DNA of 62,590 nt, counting the filler, from Sanchytrium tribonematis (lineage: Eukaryota): the NCBI GenBank assembly GCA_018985235.1. It is 7 parts of 7 records of this genome, joined end to end, with 100 filler letters (N's around TTAATTAATTAA, not from the genome) between each part and the next. Parts side by side here need not be neighbours in the genome. Positions count along the whole stretch, not along the records: positions 1 to 8,925 come from JADGIG010000352.1; positions 9,026 to 17,942 come from JADGIG010000353.1; 5 more parts are not named here. One strand, written 5' to 3'. Made by a program: the position numbers and the translations under genes. Positions 1 to 9,955 of this stretch are shown in pieces. Under the pieces are notes generated by a model. The model was not told the DNA's origin and ran no database searches. It was given only the letters and a program-made list of their open reading frames with translations. The stretch's first letter is position 1; each line of letters begins with the position of its first letter.

Positions 1-179
1 CCAAGATAGTACAAATGAATAGCTATATTTTCACCAACCTCAATCTTTAACTCAAAGTCGCCAAATTTATGTTCAATTGAATCATCAATTTCTAGATCAA
101 CTTTGTGTATCTTATCGAATGAAAATATGTTTTCTTGTTGATTTAAGTCTGCCAATACTTGATCAAAAGGATTTTCCAT
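1..179 (-). CDS. Hypothetical protein, 5' fragment (runs off window edge)
   Basis: ATG at 179, open frame MENPFDQVLADLNQQENIF... to the edge; no family recognised. Confidence 0.4.
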   Translation of the reverse strand, partial: MENPFDQVLADLNQQENIFSFDKIHKVDLEIDDSIEHKFGDFELKIEVGENIAIHLYYL

Positions 180-514
180 TACACGGAGATTTGCCAAATT
201 GATTCATGAGCAGGGTCCATAGATTATCCTTTGGCATCAATATGATCAAGATATTTAGGAACGGCTTGGCATTAAAGACATTCTTTAATTTACATCATCA
301 ATATATCAACAAACTTATACCAAGGTGATCTTTTTTTCCCATTCAATGCCAGCTTGTACTCGAACAGTCATCAATATAAAGGCATATGGGTATTTCAGTC
401 GTTAAAACCAAAATCTGTGTCATTTAAAATTCCTTGGCTCTTGTATATGTTATCCAATCAGAGATTGGCAAACATCAAGTTAATTACAGAAAAATCAGAT
501 TTGTCACTTTCAAT

Positions 515-1804
515 ATGCTGTTGACATCTGTCTGCTCCAGCTACAATGCTCATAAATATTCGATATTAAAAGAACTAAATATAGTGGACAACGCCCTTGT
601 CATTAACGATCTAAAAATCAATCTGCTTCCAAGTATATATGGGGATGGTTATTATACTGGTCATATTGAAAATCAGCCAGAATCAATGGTCTCTCTAGCC
701 AATATTGAAAAAAAATTGTATTATGGAATGATTATGAATTCGACTGATAGTTGGCATTTAGAAGTGTTAAATAGTGAGATGATTTTTTACAATGGGGAAG
801 ATTATATTGGAAACTACTCAACAGTTTGCTCTCAAGGGAAGCAACTAAGCTGGTCCATTAAAAAGATGCAAAAGAGACATGCAAATTTACAAAAAAGACA
901 AGTAAGTAACACATTTTATCAATGTACCATGTCTCTTTATGCTGAACTCAGTTTTATAGATTTAATGGGAAGTTCTGCTCAAAAACAAATGGTAGCTGGT
1001 CTACAAATTGCGAGTCAGGTCTATGAATCAATTTTTAATGTTCAACTGATACCCCAAAAAACTACTTTATTAAATGCAAAATATGGCATCAGCAGTGAAA
1101 CCACCATAGAAGGATTCTTAAATACAGCTGCAAATGAATTGGCGCAGCATAAATACGGTAATGATGACCCAAATTCATATTGTTTGACTCATATATTTAC
1201 AAACAAAGACTTTGGAAGCACACTAGGCTTGGCTTTTAAAGGAGGGGGAGGTGGAAATCAGGTTGGTGGAATCTGCGATGGTAAAATAAGTGGATCTAGT
1301 CAGGCTTTAAATGTAGGAGTCAGTACGGCTTATTTTGGTGCCGATCAACAAGTTTTGAACCAAATACCCTGGATTACAACGGTTATACATGAAATTGGTC
1401 ACAATTTTGGAGCAAGCCACGACGATGACACTCCGTGTAAGTCAGATAATCCAACGATCATGCAAGCTGTTGTAAATTCAGGAATTTCGACGATCCCAGA
1501 TTTTACCAGTTGTTCGAGAAATGATATTAGCGCGAATATGGCAACCAAGACTTGTTTTAAAAAGGCTAGTAGGTTTGTCGGTAAAGACACCACGCAACTT
1601 AGAGCCCAAATCTCTCAGCAACTGGCTACAGAAAATGCAGCGCAACTCAATCCAAGTGATATTCGAACTAGCAACATCACCGGTGGAATTGTCACTAATG
1701 ATACCAGTAAGTCCAAACTTAAATTAAACAACCCCATAAGTGGTGCTTCGCTTGTCGATTTCTCCTATTATGGAATATATATATTTGTGTTATTAATATA
1801 TTAG
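515..1804 (+). CDS. Reprolysin/ADAM-type (M12B) zinc metalloprotease with hydrophobic C-terminal tail
   Basis: HEIGHNFGASHD zinc motif, Met-turn (TIMQ), CLTHIFT..DF..TLGLA motif, prodomain-like N-terminus; first ATG at 515. Confidence 0.85.
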   Translation: MLLTSVCSSYNAHKYSILKELNIVDNALVINDLKINLLPSIYGDGYYTGHIENQPESMVSLANIEKKLYYGMIMNSTDSWHLEVLNSEMIFYNGEDYIGNYSTVCSQGKQLSWSIKKMQKRHANLQKRQVSNTFYQCTMSLYAELSFIDLMGSSAQKQMVAGLQIASQVYESIFNVQLIPQKTTLLNAKYGISSETTIEGFLNTAANELAQHKYGNDDPNSYCLTHIFTNKDFGSTLGLAFKGGGGGNQVGGICDGKISGSSQALNVGVSTAYFGADQQVLNQIPWITTVIHEIGHNFGASHDDDTPCKSDNPTIMQAVVNSGISTIPDFTSCSRNDISANMATKTCFKKASRFVGKDTTQLRAQISQQLATENAAQLNPSDIRTSNITGGIVTNDTSKSKLKLNNPISGASLVDFSYYGIYIFVLLIY

Positions 1805-1864
1805 ATGTTGTGTTAAGCGAAGTTTTTGGTGGTACTATTGTTGACAAATAGATCATAAATTTCA

Positions 1865-1937
1865 GGGGAATTAGCTCAATTGGTAGAGTGCTTGCTTAGC
1901 GTGCATGAGGTAGGGGGATCGAAACCCCCATTCTCCA
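1865..1937 (+). tRNA. tRNA-Ala (AGC)
   Basis: GGGGAAT/ATTCTCC acceptor stem, TAGCTCAATTGGTAGAG D-arm, anticodon loop TTAGCGT, GATCGAA T-loop typical of eukaryotic Ala tRNA, downstream TTTT. Confidence 0.95.
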
Positions 1938-2023
1938 TTTTAGTTCATTGGCGAAATTTATTACCGTACTTTTGCTGCGCAATATCTACTGAGATCCATT
2001 AATAAAATGATTTATTTACAAAA

Positions 2024-2813
2024 CTAGCCACTTCCGCTAACATTATCTACCACAGATCCAGCATTTGTTGGCTGTTGTACACTGTTTAATTTAGAACCTG
2101 TAGTCAATCTTCCACTAGAATCCACCTTGGGATTCAAAAAAGCTGATATGGAAGCGCCTATTATTGCTAACAAGAGCAAAACCATTAAAGCCATTATAAC
2201 TTTATCGGTGGCTAACCTTCTAAGTAAATTATTATTACCTAACATAAGCTCTCACCTGCATCTCTGCTCTTTTAAGATTAGACTCCACTTGGTCTAAGTT
2301 TCTATCAATTTGCCGAATTTGATCGGTCTGTTGTTTAAGTACATTGGATGTTTCTTGACCGACTGCGAGCGTATTGTTAATAATTTGTTTTGATCGTAAT
2401 GCAGATTCCTTTGACTCTTTCTGGACTTCTAGGGCGTGTGTTGTTAGTTCCTTAGCAGTCAAATCTTCCATTTTTTTATTCTCTACCACAGCCACGGTCG
2501 GCTGTCCATTTCCGGCTTGCTGTTGTTGAGCAGTTGTCATCCATTGAATATCACTGTCAAATTTTCCAAGCTGAGCCGAAAACTCTTTCTCTCTATCCAG
2601 ATACAACCCTTGCTCATTTGTGCTTAGCTCCTTAATTTCTATGACGTATCCTTTTAAAAGGTGTCTAGTTTTTTGAAGTGATGTTTTGATTGCATCTGTA
2701 GCTGTTTTTTTAGCAGGTCCACTTAATTTACCAGCAGATTCTATTTTCTTCTGTATTTCTGCAATATTTTCTTTGATTTCGGTCTCATAGTCTTCCAAAT
2801 CTTCCTTTCCCAT
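2024..2813 (-). CDS. NPSN-type Qb-SNARE, 2 exons (2813-2239, 2219-2024)
   Basis: Habc-like N-terminus and SNARE coil; removing the 19-nt intron gives ...AYVRRLATDKVIM followed by a TM helix, as in NPSN SNAREs. Confidence 0.8.
2220..2238 (-). other. 19-nt spliceosomal intron GTAATAATAATTTACTTAG
   Basis: Joins ORF 2235-2813 to ORF 2024-2245 in frame and restores the SNARE-TM junction. Confidence 0.9.
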
Positions 2814-3211
2814 ATTCGATATACTTGAAACGCTTGGCCTTTTGAAGACAATTTACTGAATCAGGTATAATTAATGAGAAAGAGATGATAGATATTAAAT
2901 TAAATGTCCAGAATTCAAAATGCACACAATATTTAAATATTATTCAGTTTTTACAACTGCAAGACCTTCACTGAGCTGCAATAATAAGTAATTTATTTTG
3001 ATCAATGCTATTTATAAAGCAAGCTATTTAAAGATTTGAAATAGGAAAAACAAATTATTGAGTTACACTTTTAGTTTTTGTGAAAAATTTATTACAATTG
3101 TGGTATTTTATTTTAGATCGCGATCCAAATCAGAGATCGAGCACGAAGTCGTAACCTGTGATACTCACACGAGTCCTTTTTTAATCCGCGTCGGTGGCTT
3201 GTTTTAGATTT

Positions 3212-3914
3212 ATGAGATTTCAAGAAAACCAAATCGCACCATCATCACCATCACAAGCGAAACCGTTTCTTAATCCCAAGGAAGAGATTTTATATATAGG
3301 TAGTGCGAAAGAGAAGATAGGAATCAATGATCGCGAGCGTGTCATTGCTCTGAGCGATGTTGGAAGATTTTTAATTATGCAGAGCGAAGAAGCTAAAAGA
3401 CATTCTAATACAAGCAGTATTTGCTCATCTTTGAGATCTTCATTTGCGTCGGGAGGAAACAGAAATAGAGGCTCAAGTATGAATCACCACCAACACGAAG
3501 TATTAGTGGAGTCACCACGACCTAGAGACAAAAAAAGACATAGACCCAGAAGTACCAGTTCAAAACCACTTATTAGACTGGTGAAAAATCATAACGATGA
3601 TTATATCATGGAGCATAACATTATTAAGGGCGAATCTGAAGGTATTACAGAATCGAATACAAAGAAAAAAAGTTATATGGTTATTCAAAATGTATTGTTG
3701 ATTTATTTAGGCAGAACGGGCTCAAAATGGCTCTAATTCATTGCCAGAGTCACTTGAATTACTAGGCACAATTGTTGTTGACTACCTCTGCGATATAACC
3801 ACTGTTGGAGATACACTTTGTATTCGCAGAGAGGACCAACGATTCAAATTTCACAGTTTACCAACACAACAATGGTATGACCGATTGATCATGATGAAAA
3901 ACCTTAACAAATAA
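3212..3914 (+). CDS. Split PH-like domain protein (PDK1 C-terminal PH-like), paralog A, 2 exons
   Basis: KPFL...EEILYIG..KEKIG...RERVIALSDVGRF; after the 19-nt intron the frame continues AERAQ...LELLGTIVVD...QQWYDRLIMMKNLNK*; colinear with paralog B. Confidence 0.65.
3692..3710 (+). other. 19-nt intron GTATTGTTGATTTATTTAG
   Basis: Same position (after SYMVIQN) as the intron in the adjacent paralog; restores a homologous 3' exon. Confidence 0.9.
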
Positions 3915-4058
3915 AATAAGTTCTCGGCCTTGCAAACAATTTTGATAATAGATATCCCTTTGTTCAAACCTCGTAAAATTATCAATTAATTCTAAAAGAT
4001 GAGCTACTGAAGATTTGATACAGGTGAATTAAAATACTGGAATGGCGGTGGCTTCAAT

Positions 4059-4806
4059 ATGAAATTTCAAGAAAATAAAATCTCACCACATTCACCATCT
4101 CAAACACGACCATTTTTACAGTTTGACGAGGAGATATTATACATTGGATCTGCCAAAGAAATCCAAGGTTTACAAGAATTTGAGAGGTACCTGGCTTTAA
4201 CCGATATTGGAAGAATGTTAGTTCTACAAAATTGTGAAGTAATGAGTCGGCGATCATCAAATTCAGCGAGTTTATCTTCGTCTCTTAGATCCTCTTTCGC
4301 ATCCGCAAAAAATAGAGTTCGAAGCTCTAGTTTTACTCAAAAAACCTACGAGAACATTAATGTTGAATCTCCTCAAGAGAAGCCGCACACTCCCATTTCC
4401 ACTCCAAATAAGGAAGGAAAAAGATCCAGAGCACAGAGTATGGGGAAAACGTTTTTAAAAATTGTTAAAAGCGATGAAAATGTGAATCTTTTAGACAAGG
4501 CAGCTCATCAAATTGAAAAAGGAGAGGAAGAACTCTTCACCACCACGAATACAAAAACCAAGAGTTACATGGTAATTCAAAACGTAAAACCAATTAATTT
4601 AGAATGTTTCTGATACATCGGCATCCACCTCTTTACCTTCTTCATTAGAGCTTGTTGATACCATGACAATTGATGCACTTTGTGACATTGTGGTAGAAAA
4701 CGATTGCCTGAAAATTAAGAGATTTGAACAAAGTTTCCAATTCTCAGAACTACCTGCAGGTGAATGGCATGATAGACTCACCATGATGCAGAGTTTAAGT
4801 AAATAA
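4059..4806 (+). CDS. Split PH-like domain protein, paralog B, 2 exons
   Basis: Tandem paralog of 3212-3914 (EEILYIGSAKE, SSLRSSFAS, KSYMVIQN shared); exon 2 ends GEWHDRLTMMQSLSK*. Confidence 0.65.
4584..4602 (+). other. 19-nt intron GTAAAACCAATTAATTTAG
   Basis: Same position as 3692-3710; length conserved although the internal sequence differs. Confidence 0.9.
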
Positions 4807-4825
4807 CTTGTTTCAGGCCAATTAA

Positions 4826-5047
4826 ATGTCAGCTACTCAACAAGATTTTCGATTGTATTTGGAAAAAAATGGGTTTGTAGATGGAATTGTGAAAGCATTG
4901 ATTCAACTTTATGATGAACAGCAGAAGCCAGAGGATGTAAATTCATTCATTGCAAAGCAATTAAGTTCAGAACACAAAGTCCTTCAAGATAGAGTGACAG
5001 CCTTGGAAAAACTATTGAAAGATAACAATATCGAAATTCCAAAGTGA
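4826..5047 (+). CDS. MYCBP: c-Myc-binding protein (MYCBP/AMY-1/FAP174-like)
   Basis: FRLYLEKNG.VD..VKALIQLYDE..KPED...FI signature plus short coiled coil. Confidence 0.85.
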   Translation: MSATQQDFRLYLEKNGFVDGIVKALIQLYDEQQKPEDVNSFIAKQLSSEHKVLQDRVTALEKLLKDNNIEIPK

Positions 5048-5176
5048 ATTAATAAATTTATCCATTTGTAAGATTAAATCGCCGTCTTTCTAGAATAAAT
5101 TTTTTGTAAACCAATCAGTTGAGAAAAAAATGGAATTCAATCTCGCCAATAACATTAGAACACTCCTTGTCTGATA

Positions 5177-7625
5177 ATGTTTGTTGCTAAGCGCAATGGA
5201 AGACAGGAAAGAGTATTCTTTGACAAGATTACTTCTAGATTGAGCAAATTGTGTTACGGGTTGAGTCCTTTAGTTGATCCTGTTATCATAACCCAAAAAG
5301 TTATTCAAGGAATATATAATGGTATCACAACTGTAGAGTTGGACAACTTAGCTGCAGAAACAGCCGCGTATTTGACAATCAAACACCCAGACTATGCTAT
5401 TTTGGCTGCTAGAATTGCTATTAGTAATTTACACAAGGAAACTGTCAAGTCATTCTCAGAAACCATGGACAAGCTTTATAATTATCACCACCCAAAGACG
5501 GGAAAACATTCTCCAAAATTGGATAAGGAAGTTTATGATATAATTATGGCTAACAAGGACGTATTGGATGCCTCAATTATCCATGAAAAAGATTATCACT
5601 TTAATTTCTTTGGATTTAAGACATTAGAAAGAAGTTACTTGTTAAGAGAAAACAATAGAGTCATCGAGAGACCTCAGCATCTTCTCATGCGTGTTAGTGT
5701 CGGAATTCACAAGCACGATATTGAGAAAGTACTAGAGACATACAATCTCCTTAGTGATAAATATTTTACCCATGCCTCTCCAACATTATTTAACTCTGGA
5801 ACTCCAAATCCTCAATTGAGTAGTTGCTTTTTAGTAGAGATGAAAAGTGACAGCATTGAAGGCATCTACGACACTTTGAAAACTTGTGCATTGATCTCCA
5901 AGACAGCTGGTGGAATTGGTCTCAATGTTCACTGCATTAGATCAACTGGTAGTTACATTGCAGGTACAAATGGCCACTCAAATGGATTAGTTCCTATGTT
6001 GCGCGTTTACAACAATACTGCAAGATATGTTGACCAAGGTGGCAACAAAAGACCAGGTGCTTTTGCTATTTATATTGAGCCATGGCATGCAGATATCTCA
6101 GACTTTTTGGATCTGAGAAAAAATCATGGAAAGGAAGAGCAGAGAGCAAGAGATTTGTTTTATGCTTTGTGGATTCCAGATCTCTTTATGAAGAGAGTAG
6201 AAAATGATGAAATGTGGTCATTGTTCTGCCCAAATGAAGCTCCTGGACTGTACAACACTCACGGTGACGAATTTGAAGCTTTATATACAAAATACGAGTC
6301 TGAAAAACGTTATAGACGTCAAGTTAAAGCTCAAAAATTGTGGTTTAGTATTTTAGACTCACAAATGGAAACTGGTACTCCTTACATGCTTTACAAAGAT
6401 GCATGTAACAAAAAAAGTAATCAACAAAATCTTGGAACCATCAAATGTTCCAATTTGTGTACAGAAATCGTGGAATACACCGCACCTGACGAAGTAGCTG
6501 TGTGCAATTTAGCAAGTTTATCCCTACCAAGATTTGTGAAAGAGTCTGAAGGCAAGAAATATTACGATTTTAAGCATCTTCATGAAGTTACCCAAGTAGT
6601 CACTAGAAATTTGAACAAAATTATCGATGTAAATTATTATCCTGTTGAAGAAGCTAGGAATTCTAACATGAGACACAGACCTATTGGCGTTGGTGTTCAA
6701 GGATTGGCTGATGTTTTCATGTTGCTTCGTTATCCATTTGATAGTGAACAATCTCGTGAACTGAATCGCAAGATTTTTGAAACAATATATCATGCTGCTT
6801 TAACCGCTAGTGTGGAATTAGCTAAAGAAGAAGGCACTTATAGTACCTATGAAGGATCTCCGGTTAGTCAGGGTAAATTACAATATGACTTGTGGGGAGT
6901 AACGCCATCAGATTTATGGGATTGGGCATCTTTGAAGGCTCAAATCAAAGATTATGGAATAAGAAATTCCCTTCTTGTTGCACCTATGCCTACTGCTAGT
7001 ACTTCTCAAATATTAGGCAACAACGAATGTTTTGAACCTTACACCAGCAATATTTACACAAGAAGAGTTCTTAGTGGAGAATTTCAAATTGTAAACCCAC
7101 ACATGTTAAGAGATTTGGTAGATTTGGGGTTGTGGAATGACCAATTGAAGCAAATGATTATTGCTGATAGTGGAAGTATACAGAATGTGGAATGCATTCC
7201 ACAGGAGCTTAAAAACTTGTACAAAACTGTTTGGGAGATTCCGCAAGTAATTTTAATTGACATAGAGATGTATCATAGACATGGCTGCAGATCGAGGTGC
7301 ATACATTGATCAAAGTCAGAGTATGAATGTATTTATTGCACAACCAGATTACAAAAAGCTTTCTAGTATGCACTTTTATGGTTGGAAACGAGGATTAAAA
7401 ACTGGAATGTACTATTTACGTACAAAGCCTGCAGCAGACGCTATAAAATTCACAGTTGACAACGAACTTATGAAACAAAGACAAGGCTGGAAACCAGACA
7501 CTCCGCTTCTCGGAAAAAGCGTAACAATTGATAAAGATGAAACTGATAGTGCAAAAGATTTAGAGGAAGAAATTTTGGCATGTAGCATTGAAAATGGAGA
7601 AGCCTGCATGATGTGCAGTGGATAA
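5177..7625 (+). CDS. RNR1: Ribonucleoside-diphosphate reductase large subunit, 2 exons
   Basis: ATP-cone, [15 protein letters not shown] and C-terminal CMMCSG; the intron restores [16 protein letters not shown]. Confidence 0.98.
7247..7265 (+). other. 19-nt intron GTAATTTTAATTGACATAG
   Basis: Its removal repairs a frameshift in a highly conserved stretch of RNR1. Confidence 0.95.
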
Positions 7626-7665
7626 TAAATCAATTTATTATAGTCACTTATTCAGCAACTTAAAT

Positions 7666-8889
7666 TTAGGGTCGATTTAATCTGCTATACGCCAGTATTT
7701 GTCTCCTACAATAAGGGCAATCTGCAGTTCCAGACTGAGCTAGTAGAATTCTACAGTCGTTGCACATAATGAAGCAATTACATGGTCTTAAAACAATAGA
7801 CCTTGCATTTGAATAACAAATGATACATGTATCTTGAGTTTGAGGAATACTAGATACCTTTCTAAGATCATACGGTTGGTGGATTTGTGCTAAGGGTTGA
7901 AACTGGTCCTTTACAAGTCCTAGTAATTCTTGTTCGCTAATTAATGACACCATTTCAGTTAAGTCGTTGGAACTTGGTACATAATCAGATTCACTGATTG
8001 ATTTTGAGTTTTCTAAAAAGGCTATTTGAAATGAATAGTATATGCTTTTGATACTTGCAAAAATGGCATTAAGATATGCAAGACCAATGATTTGAATGGA
8101 TTTGTACTCTTTGCTCTCAGGATTATCAAGCGGATTTCTGTTTAAATTGTATTTAGTCGTTATTTGCCATTGATCTTGGAATTGCACATTCATTACATGT
8201 TCTTCTTCAATTCTCAGTCCAATTTTTTTCTCTTCGTCTTTTAAAATTAAAATACTGGCTTTTAAGAGTGCCAAATAAAAGTCATCATGTAAATTTACAT
8301 TGAAGAATTCCAAGCTAGGTATTTCAGAGAGCCAGATGGATATCCTATAAAAAACATAAGAGCTGAAAACCATTATTGTTAACCCTGCTTCGAAATATTT
8401 TTTTGGCTTCGCAATTGCGGGATAATCTGCAAATAAGAAATACAGAATGTCTAAGAGATTAATAAAAGTGCTATAAATTAATCTGAACCTGGAATATCTA
8501 AAGATTCCGATTAGATGCTCCATGACCACCTCTATCATTTTAAAATAAATAAGAATTGGATAATCATTTTTGTGAATAGTCAAAATAAGTGCCAAATCTG
8601 CCAACATAGGATTCGAAAAATGTCCTAATATTGCTTGAAGATATAAATTCAAAACTGATGAAGTACAAATTGCCAAGTATTGATAATAAACATCTAAAAA
8701 CAAACTTCCAAAGATGATGGCAATTCCCATTAGGTGTAAAATGACTCTCTTGAAATAGTTTGTTGCATGACCATATCTTAATCCCATGGTTGTCGCCTTT
8801 TTCAATATTATAGCATATATGATATACACTACAAGATATTGGGATTGATATATCTGTATTAATTGTTCAAAATAAGAGGTGTTTGACAT
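7666..8889 (-). CDS. Multi-pass membrane RING-finger E3 ligase (Asi1/3-like architecture)
   Basis: Hydrophobic N-terminal half; C-terminal CIIC...LRPCNCFIMCNDC...CPYCRR RING. Confidence 0.7.
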   Translation of the reverse strand: MSNTSYFEQLIQIYQSQYLVVYIIYAIILKKATTMGLRYGHATNYFKRVILHLMGIAIIFGSLFLDVYYQYLAICTSSVLNLYLQAILGHFSNPMLADLALILTIHKNDYPILIYFKMIEVVMEHLIGIFRYSRFRLIYSTFINLLDILYFLFADYPAIAKPKKYFEAGLTIMVFSSYVFYRISIWLSEIPSLEFFNVNLHDDFYLALLKASILILKDEEKKIGLRIEEEHVMNVQFQDQWQITTKYNLNRNPLDNPESKEYKSIQIIGLAYLNAIFASIKSIYYSFQIAFLENSKSISESDYVPSSNDLTEMVSLISEQELLGLVKDQFQPLAQIHQPYDLRKVSSIPQTQDTCIICYSNARSIVLRPCNCFIMCNDCRILLAQSGTADCPYCRRQILAYSRLNRP

Positions 8890-8925
8890 ATTTTATTTCA
8901 GGGAGTTAATTGCGAATTCTAAATT

Positions 8926-9025
8926 NNNNNNNNNNNNNNNNNNNNNNNNNNNNNNNNNNNNNNNNNNNNTTAATTAATTAANNNNNNNNNNNNNNNNNNN
9001 NNNNNNNNNNNNNNNNNNNNNNNNN
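8926..9025. other. Artificial contig linker N44-TTAATTAATTAA-N44
   Basis: Six-frame-stop spacer flanked by Ns; identical 100-bp unit occurs six times. Confidence 0.99.
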
Positions 9026-9580
9026 CATTTTAAAAAATTTGGGGGATAAAATGTAAATTCCACCATTGATCCAATTTGAGATATAAGATTCTGGCTTTTC
9101 TGCGTAATGCATAAGCTTGTCATCTTGCATTACCATACAGCCAAATCTTGTACTTACACTTTCTTGAACTTGAGTAGCAAGGATACTAACCAAATGATGT
9201 CTGTGGTTTGCAATCATCTCCTCAATTGGGAAGCTACAGAGTACGTCGGAATGTAACAAACATACATGCTCGGGATTTTCTTTCAATATTTCAGATTGAA
9301 AATGAAGCAATCCACCAGCGGTGCCAAGTCCCTCAGGCTCCATTAGATATTGCAGTTCAATTTTGTATTTAGAGGCTAGTTTTTTGATAGGTTCGTCGAC
9401 TTCTTCGGGGGTATAGAATCCAATAAAGTAAATCTTGTCGAATTTGGTACTTTTAATAATCCATTCGGGAATAGAGTGTCCACCTACTCGAAAGAAAGGC
9501 TTTGGTGAGTTTAAAGATAAAGGTCTAAATCTTGTCCCTTTTGAATGGCCGCCCATTAAACAAACAGCAATTTTTGACAT
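9026..9580 (-). CDS. GMPPA: Mannose-1-phosphate guanylyltransferase alpha-like, 3' truncated
   Basis: GG.SKGTRFRPLSL..PKPFF, LGTAGGL, HYAEKPES..SN.INGGIY. Confidence 0.88.
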
Positions 9581-9719
9581 TTTAATGTGATACAAGGGAT
9601 ACTCATGGGCAAAATATAAATTTTATTGATCAAAATTTAAAGAATTTTTAATGAATCAATAGAATAGAAATTCAAAATGAAAAAATGAAAATAGAATAGA
9701 CAAAGTAAAAACTAGTAAA

Positions 9720-9792
9720 TGCTCCGTCTGAGGTTCGAACTCAGGACCTTCAGATTATGAGACTGACGCTCTACCGACTGAGCCAACGAAGC
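9720..9792 (-). tRNA. tRNA-Met (CAT), elongator type
   Basis: GCTTCGT/ACGGAGC acceptor stem, anticodon loop CTCATAA, GTTCGAA T-loop, G1-C72. Confidence 0.95.
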
Positions 9793-9955
9793 TTATCCTA
9801 CCATGCTTTTAGGGTTTACAAACTAGAATTTAATTAGGTTTTACTACCCACTGAGTTTTACTGCGGTTATTTTGCTTTTGTTGGGCGCCTTTGGTCAGTT
9901 CTGATCTTGATTAAAATCTAATTATATACCACAGAAATAACTTTTCTCCTATTGT

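Noticed and set aside
443..461. 19-nt GT...AG segment upstream of the metalloprotease ATG
   Set aside because: Lacks T12 and Y15 of the consensus and no upstream coding exon needs it; at most a UTR intron.
3128..3182. U6-like words (CAGAGA, AGC, terminal T-run)
   Set aside because: The ACAGAGA box is imperfect, spacing to AGC is 3 nt instead of 5, and no internal stem-loop forms.
7240..7310. Programmed frameshifting or pseudogenisation as the cause of the split RNR1, DHTKD1, CBS and MCM7 ORFs
   Set aside because: Each break is resolved exactly by a 19-nt GT-AG intron with the shared branch motif.
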